Assembly: GCF_006345805.1 (NCBI RefSeq)
Contig: NC_042998.1
Span: 52,638,001 to 52,702,000 of the forward strand
DNA length: 64,000 nt
Origin: Octopus sinensis
Lineage: Eukaryota
Reading direction: 5' to 3'
Shown here: positions 52,596 through 64,000 of the stretch, piece after piece
How positions within the stretch are numbered: the stretch's first letter is position 1
Layout of the letters: each line of letters opens with the position of its first letter
Notes under the pieces: generated by a model
Databases searched by the model: none
The model's input: only the letters and a program-made list of their open reading frames with translations
What the model was told of the DNA's origin: nothing
Made by a program: the position numbers and the translations under genes

Positions 52596-54192
52596 ATATA
52601 TGATATTATAGATCCATTTCAACTGATCTTAACAATAGGTTTCACAATGGGTATTATATAACAGTTCAGTCAAGTAATACCATATTTGCTGTTCTATTTA
52701 TCTGCACTGTTATTTAATGCATAGAGCAAAACTGATTGGTAAGATCAGCTGAAATGGATCTAGAATACTGCATACTTTGTTTAAAATGTGTGTTTGTGTG
52801 CACGCATGCATGCATGCACATTCCTGCAGACTTAAACAAACCATGGTTGCCTTAGCAGTCAGCATAATATTCAGTCTTATGTAATTATTTCATACATTAT
52901 CTCCAACAATAATTAATTATGTAAAAGTAAAATCATTTTTTCCGAAATTCTCAAGCTATGAATAACTTTAAAATTTATAATGAAGCAAAATTTGTTAAAA
53001 CTTTTAAAGAATATTGTCTCTTTAAAAACATCGTTATTTGTGCTGTGTATGCAACTCATCGTCTCTTTAAAATTAATTGATTAGAAAATGAAAGTAACTG
53101 AATAAAGTTATGGTTAAAAGGTTTCAGTCTGTTTCACCCACAAAAAATTACTATTACCACAGTATAGAGGAAGAGTTACCAGCTTAATATAAGGCATTAT
53201 ATGAGAACCAAATATGCAATCTGAAACTATATGCGATAGGCTTTCTCCAAAGACGAAAGCATCTGTGGAATACCAAATGTTCAACACTGAGAGATAAGCT
53301 TAATCCCAAAAGGCTTTAACAAACAGATTAAATGGATTATCAGATGTTTTTATAGTAGTCTCCTGAGTTTGAGAAAGATAGTTTGGAAATTTCTTGCTTA
53401 TTAACTTGTACAGATAATTTTTCTTTTTATAATGATTAAAGGTTTGAGCTGCATATAAGTTCATAAGCTCACTCCTTCCATCAAATCAACATTGCTTGTA
53501 CAAGTGCATGGTATGCAATACATCAGCTATTGAAGCTATTATAGAGCAATGTGAGATGAAGTGTTCTGCTGAAGAACACAATGCAAAACCCAGTCTGGGA
53601 ATTCAACTCATTGTCTTGTCATTGCGAGAGTAACACCTCAACCACTGGACTACATGTACACTGATTCATATAATGAAATCTCACAGTAAACAAATCACCA
53701 AATACCAAGTTATATTACAATAGTCCTTTCTAATTATATTGGAAAGACCTGAAATTTTGGAGTGGGTGTAGTCACCTGGTACTTATACTATCAACCCTGA
53801 AAGGATGAAAGGTAATGTTGACCTCAGTGGGATTTGAACTTAGAACATAAAAAGACAGAAGAAAAGCTGCTAAGCATCTTGTCCAACATGCTAACAGTTC
53901 TGCCACCTTGCCAAAAGCAGTAACTCTAGCTGGGCCTTTGTGACTGAAATATATAAAGGTTACTTAACTTTCCCTGTTTGCATTGCTAGAAGCTCTTTGT
54001 CTTCATTATTTGTTATCTTATTTCTGTATTACAATGCTTCAAGCTAACTACAATGTTCCAACAAGCACACACACACACACACTTGCATATGCATACAGAT
54101 AATATACACATATATATGCAGTGAAAAGTACATAGAGTGAATGGATGAACGAATGGATACACATCTGCATACATATGTGTGTATATATATAT

Positions 54193-54420
54193 ATTTCTTT
54201 ACTACCCACAAGGGGCTAAACACAGAGGAGACAAACAAGGACAGACAAATGGATTAAGTCGATTACATCGACCCCAGTGCGTAACTGGTACTTAATTTAT
54301 CGACCCCGGAAGGATGAAAGGCAAAGTCGACCTTGGCGGAATTTGAACTCGGAACGTAACAGCAGACGAAATACGGCAACGCATTTCGCCCGGCGTGCTA
54401 ACGTTTCTGCCATCTCGCCG
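54193..54420 (-). mobile_element. Young, CpG-rich family A SINE
   Basis: Nearly the same as 39059-39287; inserted in a TA tract. Confidence 0.88.
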
Positions 54421-54625
54421 CATATATATACACACACACACACAAATATATATACATATAAATAGGATGGGCTTCTTTCAGTCTCTATCTGCTAAGTCCA
54501 CTTACAAAACTTTGGTCCACCTGAGGTTATTGTAGAAGATGTTTGCCCAAAGTGCCACACAGTGGGACTGAACCTGAACCCATGTAGTTGGGAAGCAAAC
54601 TTCTTACCACACACCCATGTGTGTA

Positions 54626-54682
<57 letters not shown>

Positions 54683-55554
54683 ATGTATGTATGCATGTAT
54701 GTATGTGTGTGTGTGGTGTCTGTGAGTGTACATAAATATATATACACATGTACACATATATGCATACACAAACACGTAATATTACAGAAATATGTCCCTG
54801 TATTCATGTATGTGTGTTTGAGGAAGAGAGAGAGAGAGAGAGAGAAAGAAAGAAAGAAAAACAGAGAGACAAAAACAAAGAGTGAGAAAGCTTATCTATT
54901 CATCTGTCTGCAGGGTTTATTTATTTATTAATTTTTTTGTGTGTGATATAAAAGGAAATAATTAATATATTACAAATAGATGAACAAAAACCAGTATTTT
55001 TGTTTGTTTTCTTGCTTGTTTGAACTTTTACTTTATCTTTAAGAACACTTTCGGCAATTTTCAAAAATCTCAATTGCTTTCCTTCCATGCATAAAGTGAG
55101 ATAACAAATTTATATGATATACAGGAAAGGCAATGCGAAGAATCAAAGATGATATCCTGTTCAGAATAAATACTAACTTTCGTGAGGACTTTGGCATTTA
55201 GCTTTCAAAGTAAAATAAAAAAAATAAGCTCTGCGTGAATCTTTCAAGACATTTCTCTTAATTTTTCCTGAGCTATTTTTACCTGCCATATTTAATCAAA
55301 ATCATTACTTAAAACAAAATAAATTATGAACAAAAATCCAACCACTTGCAAACATACACACATTCAGTGACAAACAAGCATTTTAAATAGCACATATTGA
55401 GCACAAATTTAATTTTCATTGCCTTCATTATTAAAATTGCTGGCCAATTGCTCAGATCATCATCATCATCATCATTATCATCCTTTTTTTTTTTTTTTTT
55501 ACCATTATCAAACTGGTGTAATTTTTTATCATTATCAAACTGGTGTAATTGTAA

Positions 55555-56704
<1,150 letters not shown>

Positions 56705-57900
56705 TTCCCATTTGGTTATGTCTATTTTCATTCTGATTTCAAAATCTTTTGAAGCTTGACTTTGCATTTTATCTTTCTTGCACTTCATAGAATAAGTACC
56801 ATTTATATTTTAACCCTTTAGCATTCAGATTATTCTATCAAATGTAATGCTTTTTCATTCACATCGTTTTAAATTAATCATACATTATCTCAATACTTTG
56901 AAATTTTGATGTGATTGTATATTTTTAAGATGGCATTGAAAGGTAGGTGTGACAGGCTAGATCTGGCTGATAAGAATATAAAACTGGTGGCATATTTGGG
57001 ATGGATATAACCACTTTAAATACTAAAGAATTAAGCTTCTATTACCTACGATAAGACAAGGAATGTCTTATAAATTTCAGTATTCACCTAAATTATTATA
57101 TCATCTCACTATGTTTTGTTTTGTGTTTTTTTAAATTTTTTTTTTCAAGCTGGGATAAATTTTTAACATTAAGCATTTGACCATAAACTTTTCTTTCTAG
57201 CACATAATTTCCAACTAAATTTGTTGCAGGAAGCAATGTTGTCATATGATAGCCAATATATCATCCAAGATGACATCTTTATTATGCTGTAAGACAGTCA
57301 ACTGTTTTTACTATCTCTTATTTCAGTGCATTCAAGTTCATTTTATTTGGCTGACGGACAAAACAAGTGCAGATCTTGAGCAAATATGATCTGTCAGATT
57401 CTATTTATCTGAACTCAAACGAGGATAATAATAACTGGAAGTGGTGGATTAATAGTGTTAATGATTAGCTTTAAATTCAATGATAGACTATGTATGTGAA
57501 AAAAATCTCACTACAAAATAGGATGCTATTGTTTTAAAGATAATCCACTCAAAATATCTGTAATCTGTTCTTAACTTTTAACACAGAACAGTGTGGTAAG
57601 AAGCTTGCTTCTCAACCACGTAGTTCTGGGTTCAGTCTCACTGTCCTTTTGCTGCCTTCATAAATATTAATTATTACATACAAAATTTAAAGAATTAATC
57701 ATTTTTTCTTTTTTGGTTTCTTGGAGAAAATGGAAGTGAATAGGCCTTTGCTATTATAAATTTATAGAACAAACTCATCATTGACCGCAAAGTAGTTGAG
57801 GGGCTGATTTATTGATGTTCAACTGGTAAATGATAATGAAATATCATTTACAAAGTTTCAGCAAAGACCTTTTTAGTAAACGGTACCATATTTTTCGACA

Positions 57901-58121
57901 TATGAGGAGGTGCTGAAAAGTTCCTGGCTTTGAGTAAAAGAAAATACAAGAAGATCAGTTAATTATGACTTTATTCAACATATTCCTCTCTTAGATTAAC
58001 TCACTTATTGCAGTGGTCCTTCAGTTGTTCTAAGCCCTATAAAAGAACTTGGAAGGTTGGGCCTCCAACCGGGCCTTTCATTATAGCCTTAAAGGCAGGG
58101 ACTTTTCAGCACCTTTTCATA
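57901..58121. mobile_element. Complete mariner-derived MITE
   Basis: TIRs tatgaggaggtgctgaaaagttcctggcttt / aaaggcagggacttttcagcaccttttcata with TA ends. Confidence 0.8.
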
Positions 58122-59083
58122 CAAGTCAACATAGTATACTGGGTAAACATGTAGTGTAAACATCCACGCATTATCACTATTTTTCCAAATCCTGCTGCAT
58201 TTCACAAGGAATTATTGGTCCTACAAAGCTGTCTTCATGTATAAGCCAACCTACCTTTTTCTGGCTGCAAATTTTGGTTTCAATAATATGATTTGTATGC
58301 CAGAAAATACAGAACTCATTTTGTTTTGAGTTATCTTTTATCTTTTTCTTTTATGTATTTCAGCCATTAGATTGTGGCCATGCTGGGGCACTGCTTTGAA
58401 GAACCTTTTAGTCAAATGAATTGATCCTAGTACTTCTTATTTTTTAAGCCTGGTACTGATTCTGTTGTCTTTTTGCTGAACCATTAAGTTACAGGGAAGT
58501 AAACAAACCAACACCAGTTGTCAAGCAAATGCACTCACAAGGACAGAATCATTTGCATGCTGTCCAAAATGGTTCGCAGCATTTTTTACATTCTGAGTTA
58601 AAATTTCTGCCAAGGTTGTCTTTGCCTTCCATCCTTTCAAGAATGATAAAATAAATACCAGTTGAATGCTGGGGTCAATGTAATCAAAACAGCTGGCTTT
58701 GTGTCAAAATTTTAAACCAATAATTAATATTTATGGAAACTTTCTGGGTAGGAACTGCCAACTTTGTCTACATAGAGAGCAAGCCAGCAGGTTCTTTTTT
58801 TTGTGTGTTTAATTTATTAGTGTAATTATGTAGTTGACTAAGATGTATGCAAACCAGTAAGATTGTAAACATGATATTGTGATATGATACTGCAACAGAT
58901 ATATGTGTGTGCAGCGTGTGTGTGTGTGTGTAGCAATCTAAATTATTAGTTCTGTATGTTGGTAAAGAAGACCTAAAACATATCAGTGAGAGGAATCCCA
59001 ATTATTTTTGGATTTATCAGTTTACTTTGAACAATGGGATGTTTTCACATTGTGCATTAATGTGTATATGTGTATATATATGC

Positions 59084-59155
<72 letters not shown>

Positions 59156-59158
59156 TTA

Positions 59159-59205
<47 letters not shown>

Positions 59206-59457
59206 TTTCAGATAGGTCTAGGATATATTTGACTTGTAAAAAAGCCATTTTCAGTTTACAGGCCAAATATATCTCAAGTATATTTGAACTGATCTAAATG
59301 TTTGCTTGATTCATAACACTGCTTTTACAGGCTTCCTACTTGTATATACACAAATATACACACGCACATACAAACACATACATACCAGCATACATACAAA
59401 CTTATACATAAGCATACTAGCATTGGCTGTCAACTGATGGCGGTGCAGACAAACGGT

Positions 59458-59500
<43 letters not shown>

Positions 59501-59681
59501 GGCAGGATTCTTTCAGTTTCCATCTACCAAATCTACTCACAAGACTTTGGTTGGCCTGAGACTATAATAGAAGACACTTTTCCAAGTGGGACTGAACCTG
59601 GAACAATGTGGTTGGGAAGCAAGCCTCTTACTACTCAGCCTATACATACATACATACATACATACATACATACATACATAC

Positions 59682-59739
<58 letters not shown>

Positions 59740-60645
59740 TGCTTTTTGTCTTCTATTTTTACCTTTAACTTGTTTCAGTCATTAAACTGCAGCCATGCTG
59801 GGACCCCACCTTGAAGAATTTTGGTTGAAGAAATCGACCCCAGTACTTATATACAATATACATAAATTGTAAACGCACTCACACACAAATGCACACATGC
59901 ACACACACACACACACACACACATATATAAATATGATGATGATGATGATATATATATTTATCGAAAGAGAGAGGGAGGGGTGCAGAGAGGAGGATTTACA
60001 TACACAAACATGTATATATGAATGAAAATTGTTGATGAGATACAAAAAAACTAAACAGGAAGAATCCTACTGCTTTTGATAATCTATTGTATTGTCTACC
60101 TCATCACCATCTACACCATCATCCCCCACCACTACACCAACTACAGCTTATCACTAACTATTACAAGTCACTATCACAATACACCTGACAATGTGGCTGC
60201 AATAAGAAGTAGTGTTTTTTAACTAAAACCTCTTCTATAAAACATTTTACTCAATTAGACAACTTTCCTTGGGGAGAACAAGTTTGCAAACAGGCTTTGT
60301 TTTCTCTCTTCGGGAACACTTATTTATAAGTGAAAAGAAACACTGCACTTGAAATACTTGTACTGGAATACCTGCATGTGAATGAAGCTCACACATTAGG
60401 AGAATTCTATGTGTCTAGTTTGTAGTTAGACAACATAGTTATATATGTTTTGTATGTATGTCACATATATGTGTATGTTGATCTCTCTCCCTCTGTTTCT
60501 AGATATATATATATGTATGTGGATACATATACACTCACACATATCCTTGAAATTTGTTTCCCACAAATGTCTTCAAGTGCTCTCATATATATGTGTGTGT
60601 GTATATATATACTGTTGTGTCTGGGGAGAGTCATTTTCTTTTTGT

Positions 60646-60865
60646 GCCTTATAATGTAACACACTCACCGGTAAAATTTCCACTCATTTCTTATTTTTAT
60701 TTTCCTAAAATTTTCGTTGCATCTTGCAACCTTTTCAATAGTCTTGATTCTCTTGACTAAGAGTCAAGACTGTTGAAAAGGTTGCAAGACGCAACGAAAA
60801 TTTTAGGAAAATTAAAATAAGAAATAAGTGGAAATTTTACTAGTGAGTGTGTTAAATTATAAGGC
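60646..60865. repeat. Inverted repeat, ~105-bp arms, ~10-nt loop
   Basis: gccttataat..gtcttgattc / gagtcaagac..attataaggc. Confidence 0.93.
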
Positions 60866-61222
60866 TTCCAAACCACGTGGACCAGGGTTCAGTTCCACTG
60901 CATGGTACTTTGGGCAAGTATCTTCTATTATAAACTCTGTCTAACCAAATTTCTATGAGTGGATTTCCTAGATGAAATCTGAAAGAAGCCTGTCATATAT
61001 ACATACATATGTTCTTTTACTCTTTTACCTGTTTCAGTCATTTGACTGTGGCTACGTTGGATCACCACCTTTAGTCGAAGAAATTGACACCAGGACTTAT
61101 TCTTTGTAAGCCTAGTACTTATTTTACCAGTCCCTTTTGCTGAACTGCTAAATTACAGGGACATAAACACACCAACATCAGTTGTCAAGGGATGGTGTGT
61201 GTGGGACAAGCTCAAACACACA

Positions 61223-61499
61223 ATTAACTTCCTTGGTTATTATGTGTGGGGCACATTTGAGCTAGAGACCAACAAAACTCCTTGTAACGCTAAAGATGAA
61301 CTGAAGGCACGGATTATGGCATTGTTTACCAGCTTAAAGAAGGAGACCATCTAGATGAGTTGCAGAACATTCTGAAGTTGTCTTTAGTATTTCAAGATAT
61401 TTTTATATAATTTTGGTAAATACATCTGTTAAAATGGGAAGTCAGTGTTATTTTCATTCTGGTGTAATTTAGGTAACAATTTATTCACCGCACCCTGTA
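61223..61499 (+). mobile_element. Tc1/mariner-superfamily transposon 3' end
   Basis: INFLGYYVWGTFELETNKTPCNAKDELKARIM (decayed LNPLDYYVW motif) with stops downstream; terminus caccctgta. Confidence 0.75.
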
Positions 61500-62207
61500 C
61501 ATACATATATATACACATACTCATGTAAATATACATAAAATTTTAATTCTGCCTCAAGCCTATTATCCCTTTAGAGCAGAGCTTACCTTAGATCTTAGTT
61601 TCTAAGATATTTAAACAACAAGGGTACAAAACACCCTGGAACATGGAAATGTGAGCTTATCACATAGTCAACCACAGCCACAGCTGCTGCTCATTTTGAG
61701 GTGAGTTGGTCTTTTGCTTGGAAATTGGTGAGGGTTGGTGATAAGAGGAGCCTCAATGAATTCCATCTGAGCCATACAAACAAGGAAAAGTGAACATCCA
61801 TCTATCCATCCATCCACCAACCTACCTTTCTATCTATCAATCTATCTATCTATCTATCTACCAACCTACCTTTCTATGTATGTATGTATGTATGTATGTA
61901 TGTATGTATGTCAGTGATTCTCAACCAGGGTTCATATGACCACTGGGGTCTATATAAGATTTTTGAGATCCACAGCAGTATATTAAGATATTAAGGGTTC
62001 ATAAAAAAAAATTGCTTTAGATGTATTTATTGCAAGAAACAACCAGGTTTCTTTCTTTAATGCTTAACATAGTTCAACCTACACAAATGAAAGAGTGAAT
62101 AACGAAAGAGGAATTTTGAAAGAAATATCTATAAAATTCATTTTAAACATCAAATGGCTATGATGGTAATCAAAAGGATCCATAAGTAGAAAATGGTTGA
62201 GAGCCAT

Positions 62208-62616
62208 AGGTGTAGGAGTGGCTGTGTGGTAAGTAACTTGCTTACCAACCATATGGTTGCGGGTTCAGTCCCACTGCATGGCACCTTGGGCAAGTGTCTT
62301 CTACTATAGCCTCAGGCCAACCAAAGCCTTGTGAGGGGATTTCGTAAACGGAAACTGAAAGAAGCCCATCGTATATATGTATATATCTATATATGTATGT
62401 GTGTGTATATGCTTGGGTGTCTGTGTTTGTCCCACCCAACATCGCTTGACAACAGATGCTGGTGTGTTTACATTCCTGAAACTTAGTGGTTGGCAAAAGA
62501 AACCGATAGAATAAGTACTAGGCTTACAAAGAATAAGTCCTGGGGTTGATTTTCTCAACTAAAGGTGGTGCTCCAGCATGGCCACAGTCACATGACTGAA
62601 AATAAGTAAAAAGAGT
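62208..62616 (+). mobile_element. Family B SINE, full length, at the end of a hAT-type MITE (61912-62207)
   Basis: Same structure as 16449-16855. Confidence 0.85.
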
Positions 62617-63247
62617 AACCCCTGATCTATATCATATATAGATGCACACTCACACACACACACAAATATCATATATGTATACATACACACTCATACATAT
62701 ATATGCATTTATACATAAATACATACACAATCATGAATATATTATGTGTGTGCATGTGTACTTTATGTAAGTGTGAGTGTGTGAATGTGTCAGTGAGTGT
62801 ATGTGGAGTGTGTTTGATTAGGTTCACGAGACTAAATGTCCCGTGAACCTTCTTGACGTCTGGGGTGTCCCCCACCCCATGATGTCACAGGGAAAAAAAA
62901 GCTTTCTATAGATAAGTAAACAAAGACTCATAGAGAAAAAACAAGAACAACCAGTTGTATTTCACAATCAATAGGTAATTTACACACACCTGCCCTACAA
63001 AGACTGATTAACAAACCACACCAACCCACAAGCAAACAAAATAAAAAAAAAATCTTGTACAACAGCCTTAAAGAATATAAAAATAATATTGTCACTTTGC
63101 CCATACCAAAGACTTATAAAAATACTTGTATATAGCTAGATTGAATAAAATAACTAAATGCCACCCAAAAGGTTTGTAGCCTGGTGTCTATGTTAGAAAC
63201 CAATATCATAATTATTATCATCATCACCATTATTATTACTATTATAG

Positions 63248-63685
63248 TGTTGAGCTGGCAGAATCATTAGCACACCGAGAAAAAATGCTTATCGGCATTT
63301 TTGTCCGTCTTTACATTCTGAGTTCAAATTCCGTCATGGTCAACTTTGCCTTTCATCTTTTCAGGGTTGATAAACCAGTTTAGTACTAGGCTCACTGTAA
63401 TTAACTTACAACCCCACCCACACCCACAATTGCGGACCTTGTGTGAAAATCTGAAACCAATGTTATTACTATAATTATTATTATTATTATTTATATTATT
63501 ATTATTATTATTATTATTATCATTATCTAGGCGGAGAGCTGGCAGAGTTGTTAGTATGCTGGGTAAAATGCTTAGCAGCATTTTCATTTATCTTCACATT
63601 CTGAGTTCAAATTCTGCTGAGGTTGACTTTACTGTTCATCTTTTTGGGGTTGATAAAACAAGTATTAGTTGACCATGGGATCCAT
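63248..63685 (+). mobile_element. Two family A SINEs separated by (TTA)n
   Basis: gagctggcaga..gagttcaaattc..gggttgataaa occurs twice. Confidence 0.8.
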
Positions 63686-64000
63686 GCACTGACCACAAAT
63701 ATGATTTCACACATACATATATGTGTGTGTGTAAGTGTAGTGGCTCACTCTATATCTGACTTTGAGTAAAGCATTTAATGTATAAAAGGTACAGTGGTTG
63801 AGTATAAGGGCTGATAATCCAAAATTGGAGGATGCTGTTTGTATTGAGTACACTGAGTACATCAGAGGGAAGGTGTAAAGAGAATTAATGATGTGTTAAG
63901 TTAAGCATGGTACCAGATAATTGCAGACATATGAGGACCCATAATGGTTGGGCTCGGTATCAGAGAACTTATGAAGAGGTTCTGAAATATCTGAAGGGCT

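Noticed and set aside
63753-63782. YLTLSKAFNV resembling the RT motif YLDFSKAFD
   Set aside because: Too short, with no further RT similarity.

Overview
AT-rich, microsatellite-dense eukaryotic genomic DNA. Its SINE/LINE repertoire looks like a coleoid cephalopod (Octopus-type; inferred, not database-verified). The only convincing host gene is a minus-strand classical protein-tyrosine-phosphatase-domain gene. Three GT-AG exons are visible (37564-37701, 22973-23118, 19890-20049), plus a tentative terminal exon at 34-63; no 5' exons were recognised. The spliced product keeps the catalytic Cys/Arg (VHCSSGTGRTG) and Q-loop (VQTKQQY) but has WPA instead of WPD and a degenerate KCxxYWP motif, so it is a candidate natural substrate-trap or pseudophosphatase. 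The rest is intronic: several tRNA-derived SINE families, 3' fragments of CR1-, RTE-, R4/Dong- and Hero-like non-LTR elements, Tc1/mariner, hAT and piggyBac-type MITEs, many fold-back elements, and simple repeats. Most ORFs in the supplied track are translations of microsatellites or SINEs.
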